A stretch of DNA of 64,000 bases. Origin: Candidatus Bathyarchaeota archaeon. GTDB taxonomy: Archaea > Thermoproteota > Bathyarchaeia > Bathyarchaeales > Bathycorpusculaceae. Where the stretch lies: the NCBI GenBank assembly GCA_963717465.1, contig OY970340.1, forward strand, positions 1,088,001-1,152,000, written 5' to 3'. The position numbers and the translations under genes were made by a program. Within the stretch, counting starts at the first letter, position 1, and every line of letters starts with the position of its first letter. The notes beneath the pieces are model-generated. The model did not search any database. It had not been told where the DNA came from and was given only the letters and a program-made list of their open reading frames with translations. Positions 21,712 through 32,446 of the stretch are shown here, one piece after another.

Positions 21712-24432
21712 TTAAGTTGTACGGTTTTTTATGCGTTCGAGTCTTGACTTTTTAGCAGCAGTTTTGTGGAAAATAGCTATGACTGCCGTTGAGCAAGCGC
21801 TGACTAGAATCCATTGGGCTATGTTGAAATTGAGTTGTGGCAACGCAAAACTGTTGGTTGGGTCGACTTGGGTATAGCTTGCGTAGATTCTTGTTCCGTT
21901 TTGCCAGCCATTGTCCAATTCGACATCGTAATACATGGTTCCATTATAGAAGTTGCTTGCCGCCGTCGAGCCATAGTAGGCATTGTGTATGTCAAATGTT
22001 TCATATATACTCCAGGTTTGGCCGTTATCGATGCTCATCCAGATTCCAGCCACCCAAGTTGTTGGGTTTTCTCCGCCTACGAAGCTTACGTAGATGTAGC
22101 CGTTGAGGCTGTTGGTTCTTATCCAGTAGCCGTACGCCTGGTCTCCTGTATCAAAGACTAAATCGAAGTTGATGTCATCAGTGGTTCGGTAAATTTGCCC
22201 ATCATCTAAGTCAGTAGCGAAAATCCGCGCCAACGGAATAAGCGTACCGTTCGAGGCGTATGTATCTATGCAGTCGATTGCAATCATCTGTGGTGAAGTT
22301 AAGATTTGTGTCCAAGTTTTACCGTCATCTGTTGAGCGGATTACATATGCTGTCCAGCTAGGTGAAACCCTGACGTCGCCCACGGACGCGTAGATATAGT
22401 TGTCCGCTTTATCGACCGCTATATCATGGATATGTCTAGCGCCGGAATCATAGTAGACAATGGTCCAATTGGCTCCGCCATCTGTGCTTTCGCATACACT
22501 TGCATTAGCCGTGGAGAGTCCTGTTGTATAGATGCCTGCAAACAGGTTTCCGTATGTATCTTCAGCCATAGGCCAAATAGTGCAATTTGGTAGCAGCTGC
22601 AAAACTTTTGTCCAGGTTTGTCCGCCGTCTGTGCTTCGCCATAACCCCAATTCATCGGCTGCTGCATTTGTATCCGGCGAGGTGAAGACGTAGTTTTTAC
22701 TGTTAACGTAGACGCTCGATATTGTTGGGTTTGTTCCGTTGAAAGTTAAAAGCGGCTGCCATGTGACCCCTTGATCAAGGCTTTTGTAGAGAGTCTGGTT
22801 AACGCCTGCATACACTGTTCCGTTGCCATCTATCCAGCTTGCCTGTATAGGCATTGTGACATTTGCTTCCATGCACACTGGCGTCGGCGTTGACGACGGA
22901 GATGTTCCCGTTCCAATATATGATTGGGAAACCGCAACATCATCAAAGTAGACGTTTAATGAGTTGCTGCCTTTTTCATCATCTACGCCTAATGAGAAGT
23001 ACCGAACCGAACTTCCGAGGCCAGTGTTAGATAATCCTGTTTCTGCCAGCAACTGTGCACCGTTAACATAGAGGTCGGTTACTCCTGAGCCGCTTCCAAT
23101 AATCAGCTCGAATTCCACGCAGTACCAAGCGCCGACTATGATTGAGCCGACTGTGGCAGATTGCCACCCGTTATTGTAGTAGTTAACTCTCCACTGGACT
23201 GTGCCATTTTCATTTATGATATCAACTCTGGTTCCGACCGCATTAGGAAGCCAACCATCAGTTGAGAATCCAAAGATTTCAAGAGTGCTTCCAACTGCTG
23301 GCTTAGCAGTTAACTCTATGAAAACTCGGGCATCTAAACTTGAATAGCTGCTGCCTAAATTCTTGGATTCGCACGCGCCACTTTCACCGGCTGGGTCAGC
23401 TACTGCAACTTTCATAGCGTAGGTTCCATCGTATGCGACGCCTTTTTGCACTGACTCTATAACGCCTGACCCTACAGAGTTCGCAGTTGTCCATGCATTG
23501 AAGCTTCCACTCTCAAAGCCATCACTGAACAGATAAGTCGGCGTTGGAGTAGGGGTCGGTGTGGGAGAGGCTGTTGGTGTAGGCGTGGCTGTTGGAGTTG
23601 GCGTCGCCGTGGGAGTCGATGTTGGGGTTGCTGTTGGAGTCGGACTTGTGGTCGGCGAAGGGGATGGAGACGGTTCAGGTCCAATGTATGTGCTGGATAT
23701 GGATATGTCGTCAAAGTACTTGTTTAAGGTGTTGCTGCCAAGTTCGTCATCAACGCCCAAAGAGAAGTACCTAACAGTTGAGCCGGAGCCAGTGTTGCTA
23801 AGTCCTGTCTCGCTTGCAATTTCCGAGCCGTTAACATAGAGGTCGGTTTCTCCTGAACCACTGCCGATAATTAACTTTGCCTCTACGGAATACCAGACGC
23901 CTGGGGTAATTGACCCAGCGTATGCACTTTTCCAGCTGCTGTTGTAATAGTTCAGTCGCCACTGAACTGTACCATTAATGTTTACGATGTCGACTCGTGT
24001 TCCAACAGCGTTGGGTAACCAGCCGTCGCTTGAAAATCCGAAAATTTCTAGCACGCTACCCACTGCTGGAGAAGCGCTTAACTGCACATAAACTCTGGCG
24101 TCGATTGTACTGTAAGTGGTGCCTAAGTCTTTGTATTGGCATGCGCCATTCTCTCCGGCGCCGTCAGAAACAGTTGTCTTCATAGCGTAGGTTCCATCAA
24201 AAGTAGTTGTCGTTTGTACGCTTGATGTGACGCCAGATCCTGTTCCTCTGGATCCTGTCCATGCGCTAAAGTTTCCGCTTTCAAAGCCGTCACTGAAGAT
24301 AATGGAGGATTGAGCGTTAACGTAGTTTTGTGATATGAAAACAAGCAAAACGGACGAAACAAGAATGGTAATTATTACCGTTACTAAAAGTTCTGCCTTT
24401 TTGAGTTTCGATAAAAATGGTCTCCTCAGCAA
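21712..24432 (-). CDS. Large exported surface protein: two tandem beta-sandwich (LamG/lyase-like) domains, PT linker, BNR/Asp-box propeller, C-terminal TM anchor
   Basis: Duplicated FSDGFESG...FSLGVDDE domain, PT-rich linker, repeated S.DGG.TW Asp-boxes. Confidence 0.8.
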   Translation of the reverse strand: MLRRPFLSKLKKAELLVTVIITILVSSVLLVFISQNYVNAQSSIIFSDGFESGNFSAWTGSRGTGSGVTSSVQTTTTFDGTYAMKTTVSDGAGENGACQYKDLGTTYSTIDARVYVQLSASPAVGSVLEIFGFSSDGWLPNAVGTRVDIVNINGTVQWRLNYYNSSWKSAYAGSITPGVWYSVEAKLIIGSGSGETDLYVNGSEIASETGLSNTGSGSTVRYFSLGVDDELGSNTLNKYFDDISISSTYIGPEPSPSPSPTTSPTPTATPTSTPTATPTPTATPTPTASPTPTPTPTPTYLFSDGFESGSFNAWTTANSVGSGVIESVQKGVAYDGTYAMKVAVADPAGESGACESKNLGSSYSSLDARVFIELTAKPAVGSTLEIFGFSTDGWLPNAVGTRVDIINENGTVQWRVNYYNNGWQSATVGSIIVGAWYCVEFELIIGSGSGVTDLYVNGAQLLAETGLSNTGLGSSVRYFSLGVDDEKGSNSLNVYFDDVAVSQSYIGTGTSPSSTPTPVCMEANVTMPIQASWIDGNGTVYAGVNQTLYKSLDQGVTWQPLLTFNGTNPTISSVYVNSKNYVFTSPDTNAAADELGLWRSTDGGQTWTKVLQLLPNCTIWPMAEDTYGNLFAGIYTTGLSTANASVCESTDGGANWTIVYYDSGARHIHDIAVDKADNYIYASVGDVRVSPSWTAYVIRSTDDGKTWTQILTSPQMIAIDCIDTYASNGTLIPLARIFATDLDDGQIYRTTDDINFDLVFDTGDQAYGYWIRTNSLNGYIYVSFVGGENPTTWVAGIWMSIDNGQTWSIYETFDIHNAYYGSTAASNFYNGTMYYDVELDNGWQNGTRIYASYTQVDPTNSFALPQLNFNIAQWILVSACSTAVIAIFHKTAAKKSRLERIKNRTT

Positions 24433-24695
24433 ATAGATTACCTTTAAAAAAAGAGAATCTCTGTCTAGAAGTGAACTGTTTGTTCTTTATAGGTCTTATG
24501 GCTAATTTCTCAACGAAAAAAGAGCTTGATTAATTTAATGCGTAAATGCTGCTAATTTTTGCTTTGCGAGTTTAATGTCAACTATCTAGAATTTTGCTCG
24601 ACTTGTTGCCCGCTGTTAAATCTCTTAGTGTAAGTGAATAGTACGCACGGGTTATGATTGTAATAGTCTATGCCTAATCACATATTTTCATAAGT

Positions 24696-25106
24696 TTGGA
24701 AATTAAAGCCTCAAAAGGTAAGCTAATGGATGAAGAAGAAATAGATGCTGGAAGAATTCTGCGTTCTGTTCCTTATGAAGTGGGTTTTCACTTTACAGAG
24801 AATGGCGTTTATTCTGGAGTTACCGCAGTTAGCTTGTCAGATTTTTCAATGAAGTTAAGGGTTGTTCCTCTCAGTTCAATTCTGTTTCATTATGCGCGAA
24901 GTGATTTTCAAAATTGGGTTTCCAGTACGCTTGGAGATGAAGAATTAGCTAATCGATTGTCATCGATTAAATCAGGGCTTTCGGGCAAAAGTTTGAAAAT
25001 GAACATTATAAAGATTGTAAGAAATCGCTTGAATGAACTTGAAGTTCTAAAAACTCAAAAATATCTTAAATACATGGCACACGTGCACGCAAGAGAAACA
25101 AAATAA
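24696..25106 (+). CDS. DUF5752-like protein (start probably ATG 24727)
   Basis: ILRSVP...GFHF, A.SL.DF, SI.FH..R.DF.NW...LGD.ELA pattern. Confidence 0.7.
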   Translation: MEIKASKGKLMDEEEIDAGRILRSVPYEVGFHFTENGVYSGVTAVSLSDFSMKLRVVPLSSILFHYARSDFQNWVSSTLGDEELANRLSSIKSGLSGKSLKMNIIKIVRNRLNELEVLKTQKYLKYMAHVHARETK

Positions 25107-25144
25107 AAAGGAATAGCTAGTTAAAGACTTATGCTGGTATTTCT

Positions 25145-25639
25145 TCAAGTTTGAGGTTTAATCGGATAAATTTCTAGAGTCTTAGTGTAGTCGGCAACTT
25201 CAATTTCTAAGCTTTCCCTTTTTTCTAACCATTTAGCATTTTTTTGATGCGTTTTGGATTCTGATGTTTTAATGAGTGAAATTGCGTCAAGAAGTAACTT
25301 GTCCAATTTAATTATGTTATGTAAGAAGTCCATATCACGTTGAAGGTAGCCTTTTTTTTGTGCGTCTAAAAAACTCTTCAATAATTCTCCAAAAAACCTC
25401 AATCGATGTTCAGAAGTTGCTTTTTCTATACTGCATAGATCGTCGGCTCTTCTGATTAACTCGTACAGTTCGCGAAAATCCATGTCTTCTGATGTTTCAT
25501 TTTTTTCTTCACTTTTTAGAGTTTCTCTAATACTGATGTTGGCTTTTAGTTTGGCTTCTTTAATTTTTGCTCGACGATATCGCATGTAGTTACGTTGATA
25601 TTTTGTTTTATCGAATTTTGTTTTATCTGTAGACTCCAC
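25145..25639 (-). CDS. Hypothetical protein (basic N-terminus, coiled-coil)
   Basis: 164-aa ORF with GGAGGTG upstream of the GTG start. Confidence 0.6.
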   Translation of the reverse strand: MESTDKTKFDKTKYQRNYMRYRRAKIKEAKLKANISIRETLKSEEKNETSEDMDFRELYELIRRADDLCSIEKATSEHRLRFFGELLKSFLDAQKKGYLQRDMDFLHNIIKLDKLLLDAISLIKTSESKTHQKNAKWLEKRESLEIEVADYTKTLEIYPIKPQT

Positions 25640-25805
25640 TTGTCTAACAACACCTCCTAGTTAGATAGATTAATAATCTAGTCAAATAAAAACTTATCCA
25701 AAATTATTGACGGCTAAAAGGATTTGAACCTAACATTTGAAATTTCGTTCGCAACAAGTTTTTAAGAAAATAAAAATGGCAACAGGGGCAAAGATGCCGG
25801 CAATC

Positions 25806-25880
25806 CGCGAAATCTGTTGAAGTGGGTCCGTGCGGATTTGAACCACCACCAAGTGGATATTTCAATACAAATTCCATATC
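25806..25880 (+). repeat. tRNA-T-arm-core repeat, full copy (a degenerate copy precedes it at 25708..25755)
   Basis: CGCGAAATCTGTTGAAGTGGGTCCGTGCGGATTTGAACCACCACCAAGTGGATATTTCAATACAAATTCC. Confidence 0.75.
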
Positions 25881-26034
25881 TACATTTTTTCAAAAGCAAA
25901 TATTGATTCTTTGAAGTTACATAACCCGCACGCTGTAGCTCACATGCAGAGGTCAACTTGTGGTTGTGCTGTCCTTCCAGCATTGCTTTTTATGCCCCGA
26001 TTCCTTTCTTGTAAAATGATACTGAGGATTTCTT

Positions 26035-26463
26035 ATGAGCAAATCGACGCCCACTACACAGGAAAAGAAGCCTCTAGGCACCATAATAGCTGCTGTGGTC
26101 TTGGCTGTTGTTTCGATTTGGTGGCTCGCGCTTGGATTTTTGTATTTCTTCGGCTCATGGTATTGGCTGTTCTATGCAGGTATTCCTTTTGTCTGGGTTT
26201 GGGGAATACTTTACGGTTTCATGGGATTTATTGGTCTAATTATAGCCGGAGGACTTTATACCGGAGTTCGACAAGCTTGGACTATAACATTAATTATAGC
26301 AATATTAGACATTCTATTTAGCATACCAGCGCTATTCAACGGCTATGGAATAACCGGTGCAGTATTGTCTGCAGTGGTTATTATCGTTCTATTGATTCCA
26401 GGTACGAGGGCATACTATAAACGCGAAACCCCTCCAGCAAATGCTTCTAATCCAAAGAACTAA
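26035..26463 (+). CDS. Small 4-TM membrane protein
   Basis: Hydrophobic helices, C-terminal P.TRAYY motif. Confidence 0.7.
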   Translation: MSKSTPTTQEKKPLGTIIAAVVLAVVSIWWLALGFLYFFGSWYWLFYAGIPFVWVWGILYGFMGFIGLIIAGGLYTGVRQAWTITLIIAILDILFSIPALFNGYGITGAVLSAVVIIVLLIPGTRAYYKRETPPANASNPKN

Positions 26464-26585
26464 GTAAGAGCATCTGCGTTTGATAACAATGTAATTTCTT
26501 GCAAGGATAAGCTATTGTATTTTCTAAGAAACTACGCTAAGCAGATTGGGCATGTACTGTTAATTTTTTCTTCAGAATTGCAAGG

Positions 26586-27680
26586 TTAGCCTCCATAGTC
26601 CCACCCATAGTAGCCATCCCCGCTTGGATTTTTGTTTTCGGAAGCTGAAGCTGTTTTGCCGGTGTGGCATGTGCCAACAATAGGTATTTTTGTTCCGCAC
26701 TTAGGGCAAGTGTATTTCGAAGTCAAGTTGTAAGTGACAGCGTACTGAAAAGTGTAAAAGTTCGAGGTACTTCTTTTAATTAGCTGTTCGCCGCATTCTG
26801 GGCAATTCGTGTTTTTTTCATAGTCGCTGTACACATATTTAAGCCCTAAATTTCTAAGACGATTGGATAGTTCCATTACGTGACCGCTTTCTACAGGCTT
26901 ATTGTCAATCAAACATCCATACATAAAGGATAGTAAATGTAAAGGTGTTTCTGGACCTAAATTATCCAGTACCCATTTGCCAAGTTTAATTTGCTCCTGA
27001 TCTGAATCGCCGTGTTCAAGCATAACTATATTTGATATTTCAACGTGAACTTTTTTTTCTTTAAACAATTTTGCGCATTCAAATATGGGCTGTACATTAT
27101 GTACGTCGCATATTTCCTTGTAAAATTTGCTATTTCCTGAACCCTTGAAATCTATTGTTACCGCATCGATGTATGGCGCAATCATTTCTACAGCTTCAGG
27201 AGTCATGTATCCGTTAGTGATTAATACTGTGTTCAAATTAGACTTTTTAGCTAGCTTGGCAGTGTCGTATGCATATTCAAAAAAGATTGTTGGTTCATTA
27301 AAAGTGAAACTTACTCCTTGGCAGCCGGTTTTTATGGCCGCTTCTACAATTTCTGATGGCCAAACCTTTGCCACAGGTTTGAACTCTTTTTCACTGCTTA
27401 ATTCGAAGTTTATGCAGAATTTGCATCTGAAATTGCAGCTTGTTGTGCCAAACGAATATGTTGCAGAACCAGGATTAAAATGAAACTGCAACTTTTTTTC
27501 TATATCATCAATATAGCGTATACTTAGTGCGCCATAAATATCCGTTAGTAAATTGCCTTCAAAATTTCTTCGTACGTTGCAAAATCCAACTTTGCCTTCA
27601 GGAATAACACATCGTCTAGCGCAAAGATCACACCGCACGCCTGAAGAAACTGGTGTATACAACTTCGCTAGCATTGACAT
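26586..27680 (-). CDS. amrS: AmmeMemoRadiSam-type radical SAM enzyme
   Basis: CDLCARRC...GFCNVR, CNFRCKFC, TFNEP, TNGY, C-terminal CPECG/CPKCG. Confidence 0.85.
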   Translation of the reverse strand: MSMLAKLYTPVSSGVRCDLCARRCVIPEGKVGFCNVRRNFEGNLLTDIYGALSIRYIDDIEKKLQFHFNPGSATYSFGTTSCNFRCKFCINFELSSEKEFKPVAKVWPSEIVEAAIKTGCQGVSFTFNEPTIFFEYAYDTAKLAKKSNLNTVLITNGYMTPEAVEMIAPYIDAVTIDFKGSGNSKFYKEICDVHNVQPIFECAKLFKEKKVHVEISNIVMLEHGDSDQEQIKLGKWVLDNLGPETPLHLLSFMYGCLIDNKPVESGHVMELSNRLRNLGLKYVYSDYEKNTNCPECGEQLIKRSTSNFYTFQYAVTYNLTSKYTCPKCGTKIPIVGTCHTGKTASASENKNPSGDGYYGWDYGG

Positions 27681-27794
27681 AATTCATTGTCAACTCAGAA
27701 TATCAATCTAGAAACGTACTATAAATCTATTAGTCTGAAATATAAATTACTTTCAAGAAACGAAAAAAGCACTTGTCCACTAGTATCGGTTTTC

Positions 27795-27876
27795 AGCAAA
27801 ATCCGATGTCGTAAGAACCGGTAGGGATTTGAACCGCATGAATGTGGAGATTTCACCCGCAAATTCCTCGTCTTTT
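27795..27876 (+). repeat. tRNA-T-arm-core repeat, full copy
   Basis: AGCAAAATCCGATGTCGTAAGAACCGGTAGGGATTTGAACCGCATGAATGTGGAGATTTCACCCGCAAATTCC. Confidence 0.8.
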
Positions 27877-28163
27877 TTCTTAGGTTCGGTTTGGTAACGA
27901 AACAACGGAAATTTTAAGGGATAAGCTTTGAAAAGTTTACCATCGGTCGACTAACTTAAATAGTGACCTGAGAGGAGAGAAAATGAAGAAAAAGAAAAGC
28001 GTTACCGAAAAACCAAGCATATACATAAGTTGATTTTTTCCGCAACCTTTTTTCCGCAACCTTAATACATTAAAAAATAACCAAATACTAGAGCAATCAA
28101 ATGCTAAGTTATGCCAAATTACGTCAATGCTTGAATTGATAGAAGGCATAGAAGGAAGGCAAC

Positions 28164-28739
28164 TTGAAAAAAGAAATTATTCATAATCAAACTGCTGAAC
28201 GAAAAACTTTGGAGGAAAGCGTCAAGCCAAAGAAATCAAAGTCAGCGCCTATCCTAGATGATGTTGACAGGCACATTCTGCAGATAATTCAGGATGATTT
28301 TCCCCTTGTTCAAAAACCGTGGCAGGAGATAAGTTCCAGACTTAGCATCAGTGAAAGCGAAGTAATGGCTAGGTTGCGGCGACTCAGCGAAGAAGGTGTA
28401 ATTCGTAAAATAGGTCCAATCATCGAGAACTCAAAGATCGGCTTAAACGCTTCCACCTTAGTCGCGGTAAAAGTTCAGAAAGATCGAGTTGACCAAGTTT
28501 CCTGCATCATTAACCAGTTTGATAATGTTTCTCATAATTACGAGCGGGAAGATGAGTACAATGTTTGGTTCACTCTTGTTGCTTCAAGCAAAAGCAGATT
28601 GACTGAAATTCTGGATGAGATTAAGAGGAAAACTGGCGTTGAAGAACAGGATATGCTTAGTCTTCCGACTGTTCGGCGCTTCAAAATAAACGTGTGTTTT
28701 CAACTGACTGAACAAACTTCAGGTGAAAAGAATGGATGA
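28164..28739 (+). CDS. ahbA: Siroheme decarboxylase subunit alpha
   Basis: Lrp-like fold, Q.DFPL..KPW, VSHNYERE..YNVWFT; first gene of the ahb cluster. Confidence 0.88.
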   Translation: MKKEIIHNQTAERKTLEESVKPKKSKSAPILDDVDRHILQIIQDDFPLVQKPWQEISSRLSISESEVMARLRRLSEEGVIRKIGPIIENSKIGLNASTLVAVKVQKDRVDQVSCIINQFDNVSHNYEREDEYNVWFTLVASSKSRLTEILDEIKRKTGVEEQDMLSLPTVRRFKINVCFQLTEQTSGEKNG

Positions 28740-29208
28740 AGTTGACCGAAACCTCCTTTCTGCATTAAAGAAAGGGATTCCTTTAACAGTTGAACCCTTC
28801 AACGAAGTCGCTAAGCAGTTGGGAATTAGTCCTCAAGAAGTTGTCTCCAGACTAATTGCATTTCAGAAGGATGGCGTAATTAGAAGGTTTGGCGCATTCG
28901 TGAAACCTAACAGCGTGGGTTTTCCAGCAAATGCTCTTGTAGCTTGGAAAGTACCTCAAGAAAGCATTTGTAAAGTCGGAAGTTATCTGTCAAAACTCAG
29001 GGAAGTCTCACATTGTTACGAGCGAGAAGTAGTCGCTGGGAAATGGAAATATAACCTCTACTTAGTGATTCATGCGAAAAATCGTGAGGATATTCAGCGG
29101 CTGGCCAAAGATATTTCAATGGAGCTGGCAATCAACGAGTATAAAATACTCTACAGCATAAGGAACCTAAGAGAAACAGTTCCTGTTTCATCAACACCGA
29201 AACTTTGA
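28723..29208 (+). CDS. ahbB: Siroheme decarboxylase subunit beta
   Basis: IRRFGA, NALVAW.V, VSHCYER, W.YNLY..IH. Confidence 0.88.
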   Translation: MKRMDEVDRNLLSALKKGIPLTVEPFNEVAKQLGISPQEVVSRLIAFQKDGVIRRFGAFVKPNSVGFPANALVAWKVPQESICKVGSYLSKLREVSHCYEREVVAGKWKYNLYLVIHAKNREDIQRLAKDISMELAINEYKILYSIRNLRETVPVSSTPKL

Positions 29209-29247
29209 AAAGCTAACTGAATATGGAGACGTAGAAGGTAACTTGCT

Positions 29248-30396
29248 TTGATTAACATTTCTAAGCTTTGGTCAGGAACCCCTGGTTCAATGGATCACTT
29301 ACGATACGGCAACAAAACTCATCAAAAACCTGTGGTTGTTTGGAATGCCACCCAGAGATGCAACCTTAACTGCGTCCACTGCTATTCAGAGTCCAAGAAC
29401 AGAATTTACCCGAGCGAATTAACGACCGAGGAAGCGCAGGCTTTTGTAAAGGATTTGGCCGAGTTCGGGGTAAGTGTCCTGCTGTTTTCTGGCGGTGAAC
29501 CCTTGCTTCGACATGACATCTTTGAAGTGGCGAGTTTAGCTTCTGATATGGGCATCAAGACAGTTTTGTCCACGAACGGCACCCTCATCACAGAAAACAA
29601 GGCGAAGATGCTTAAGAAGAAGGGTTTTTCGTACGTCGGCGTCAGTTTAGACGGCGTAGGCGAAACAAACAATAAGTTTAGAGGCAAAGAAAAAGCCTTC
29701 GAGCTGGCAGTTGAGGGAATAAGAAACTGTCTTAAGGCAGATGTTAAGCCAGGGTTGCGTTTTACGATTACAGCCTACAATTATAAGGATGTACCAGAAA
29801 TCTTCAATTTTGTCGAAGCTGAACATGTTCCGAGGGTCTGCTTCTATCATCTGGCTTACGTTGGACGCGGGACAAACATTGCCTGCAGTGATCTGACGCA
29901 TGCCCAGTCAAGAGCGTTTATGGATTACCTCTTAGAAAAAACTGAAGCCTTATACAAGAAGGGTTTAAACACTGAAATACTGACGGTGGATAACCATGCC
30001 GACGCAGCGTACTTGTACCTCAAGCTGAAGGAAAAAGATCCACAAAAAGCGGAGGAAACATTGAAACTTCTAAAGATTAATGGCGGCAACAGTTCAGGCT
30101 CGGGAATTGCGTGCGTTGATTCCACGGGTCTTGTGCATGCTGACCAATTTTGGAGACATTATTCAGTTGGCAACATCCGTACAAGGAAATTCAGTGAAAT
30201 CTGGAATGATAACTCAGAGCCCCTTCTCCATGCTTTACGAAACAGAAAAGCATACTTGACTGGAAAATGTGTAGCATGCCGATTCCTCGGTATATGCAAC
30301 GGTAACTTGAGGGTAAGAGCGGAAGCAGTTTACCGTGACATGTGGGCACCTGACCCAGCTTGCTATTTGACAAAAGCAGAAGTAAAAATGGATTGA
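29248..30396 (+). CDS. ahbC: Radical SAM Fe-coproporphyrin synthase (NirJ1)
   Basis: KPVVVWN.T.RCNL.C.HCY, LTVDNHAD, GGNSSG, HADQFW, APDPACY. Confidence 0.9.
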   Translation: MINISKLWSGTPGSMDHLRYGNKTHQKPVVVWNATQRCNLNCVHCYSESKNRIYPSELTTEEAQAFVKDLAEFGVSVLLFSGGEPLLRHDIFEVASLASDMGIKTVLSTNGTLITENKAKMLKKKGFSYVGVSLDGVGETNNKFRGKEKAFELAVEGIRNCLKADVKPGLRFTITAYNYKDVPEIFNFVEAEHVPRVCFYHLAYVGRGTNIACSDLTHAQSRAFMDYLLEKTEALYKKGLNTEILTVDNHADAAYLYLKLKEKDPQKAEETLKLLKINGGNSSGSGIACVDSTGLVHADQFWRHYSVGNIRTRKFSEIWNDNSEPLLHALRNRKAYLTGKCVACRFLGICNGNLRVRAEAVYRDMWAPDPACYLTKAEVKMD

Positions 30397-30406
30397 AGGC
30401 AATGAT

Positions 30407-31483
30407 ATGAACGCAACAGAGCCGCATTCTGTTAAAAGGCAGGAGTTGGCGCCTAGAGTTTTAGCTTGGGAATCAACACGTGCCTGCAACTTTGCCTGTG
30501 TCCATTGCCGAGCCAAAGCCCAAAGGAAAGCTAACCCAAAGCAGCTTACCACTCAAGAAACATTAGACATGATTGATCAAATTGCCGCGTTCTGCAAACC
30601 CGTTTTTATCATAAGCGGTGGCGACCCTTTCCTTAGAGCAGACATATTCCAAGTTGCCTCGCATGCATGTAGCCAAGGCTTTCGGGTGGTTATGTCTCCA
30701 AGTGGCAGTAATATTACCTCAAAAACTTTCCAAGAAATGAAGAATGCAGGGGTGAAAATGATTTCCCTGAGCCTAGACGGGTCTACTTCAAAAATTCATG
30801 ACAATTTTAGGCAAGTTCCAGGTGCATTCAACATGGCACTGGAGAACATGGCGTTGGCGCGTGAAAGCAACTTTCCGTTCCGCGTGAACACAACCGTCAC
30901 CCAGCATAATCTCGGCGACCTTTCAAACATTCTTAAGCTGGCGACAGAAATAGGTGCCATAGAATGGGATGTCTTCATGCTGGTTCCAACGGGACGCGGA
31001 AAAGTCCAGATGGAAATAACGCCTCAACAGTACGAAGAAACCCTCCAATTCATCTACACAGCCAGCCTCAACGCGCCGATTCCCATCAAAATGACCTGCG
31101 CTCCCCACTACACGCGAGTTACCGCAGAACACCGAAAAAAAGCGAGTCAAAATGCTGATAATAGTAGACCTCAAACGGGTGGCAGAGGATGCATGGCGGG
31201 CAATGGGTTCTGCTTCATTTCCCACATTGGAGAAGTCTTCGGATGCGGTTTCCTTCCAGTCGCAGCGGGCAACATTAGGCAACAGAGCTTTAGGCAAATC
31301 TATCAGCAGTCGCCACTGTTTATTGAACTCCGTAATCATCAATTGTTAAAGGGCAAATGTGGAACCTGCGAGTACAAAGTGATGTGCGGAGGATGTAGAG
31401 CCAGAGCCTTGTCTATCAACAAAAATATTCAAGGAGAAGAACCATACTGCGTCTACGAACCTAAAAGATTGGGTATCGTTTAA
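30407..31483 (+). CDS. ahbD: Radical SAM heme b synthase (NirJ2)
   Basis: WESTRACNFACVHCRA, FMLVPTGRG, TCAPHY, RGCMAG, CGGCRAR. Confidence 0.9.
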   Translation: MNATEPHSVKRQELAPRVLAWESTRACNFACVHCRAKAQRKANPKQLTTQETLDMIDQIAAFCKPVFIISGGDPFLRADIFQVASHACSQGFRVVMSPSGSNITSKTFQEMKNAGVKMISLSLDGSTSKIHDNFRQVPGAFNMALENMALARESNFPFRVNTTVTQHNLGDLSNILKLATEIGAIEWDVFMLVPTGRGKVQMEITPQQYEETLQFIYTASLNAPIPIKMTCAPHYTRVTAEHRKKASQNADNSRPQTGGRGCMAGNGFCFISHIGEVFGCGFLPVAAGNIRQQSFRQIYQQSPLFIELRNHQLLKGKCGTCEYKVMCGGCRARALSINKNIQGEEPYCVYEPKRLGIV

Positions 31484-31621
31484 AGTTGCATTTTGAAAAA
31501 TCGATTTCCCTGTTTGCTTCAGCCAATGTTGCTAAGGCTGATAGTGCCTTTTCAAACTGTTTCTCAAGCATAATTTTAGCTTAGCTTCTATTCAATTTTA
31601 GTTTGATTTTTGAATTGAGTT

Positions 31622-32257
31622 CTAAATGGTTTCTAAAGCTTTTTGCTTCGCATCATCAAACTTGCCCTTCTTGAGCAGCTCCTTGACAGTCGAGTCCTCG
31701 ATTATCCTGTTAAGGATTGCTTTTCTGGTTTTTTGGTCGGCAACCGTTTGCTTGAGTTCTTTACGCAGCTGTTCCTGCAATTCTATCTGCAGCAAATCCT
31801 CAGGCGTGATCATTTTCTCCACTCTCTTTCTCAGAATGCTAGCCATAGCTGGGCTTTTTCCACTGGTTGAAACAGCTATTTTAACGTCTCCGACCTTTGC
31901 AACAGCTGGAAGAACAATATCACTTATAGAGGGGTTGTCTGGCGAGTAGACAAGGCATCCCTCAGACTTGGCTGACTCGAAAAGTTGAGCATTAAACTCA
32001 TGATTATTCGTAACTGCGACTACCACGAACGGTTTTAGGTCTAGGCTTTTTATAAAGGCGTTGGCGTCATTGATTTTTTCATTTCGTAGGCAAATTTTCT
32101 GTCTTTTACTCAACGCCAATATGTCGCTTGAAAAGGAACTGCTTACTACAAATATTTTGGCGCCTGCATCTAGAAAATCGATAGTTTTCCTGTAGGCTTC
32201 TTCGCCGCCGCCGACTACAACAACAAATTTGCCTTCAAGCTTCAGGTCTACAAGCAT
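31622..32257 (-). CDS. sirC: Precorrin-2 dehydrogenase/sirohydrochlorin ferrochelatase (CysG N-terminal/SirC)
   Basis: VVVVGGG, IAVSTSGKSPAMA; adjacent to ahb genes. Confidence 0.85.
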   Translation of the reverse strand: MLVDLKLEGKFVVVVGGGEEAYRKTIDFLDAGAKIFVVSSSFSSDILALSKRQKICLRNEKINDANAFIKSLDLKPFVVVAVTNNHEFNAQLFESAKSEGCLVYSPDNPSISDIVLPAVAKVGDVKIAVSTSGKSPAMASILRKRVEKMITPEDLLQIELQEQLRKELKQTVADQKTRKAILNRIIEDSTVKELLKKGKFDDAKQKALETI

Positions 32258-32446
32258 TCCTTATCATTCACCCTTAAAATGCTTCGAGCGTCAACACTAA
32301 AATCTTAAGTGCCCCGATTTGAATTTTTCTACCATAACAGCGTAATCCTTAATCCTACTCTATGCGATGCTATGTGGTTCGCTGCTTATGGTGATTTCAA
32401 GAGTAAAACTGCCGTTTGAGCAACGAACACAATGCTTGTAATTTAA

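Noticed and set aside
23535..23680. Tandem DNA repeat
   Set aside because: It encodes the Pro/Thr linker of the surface protein.
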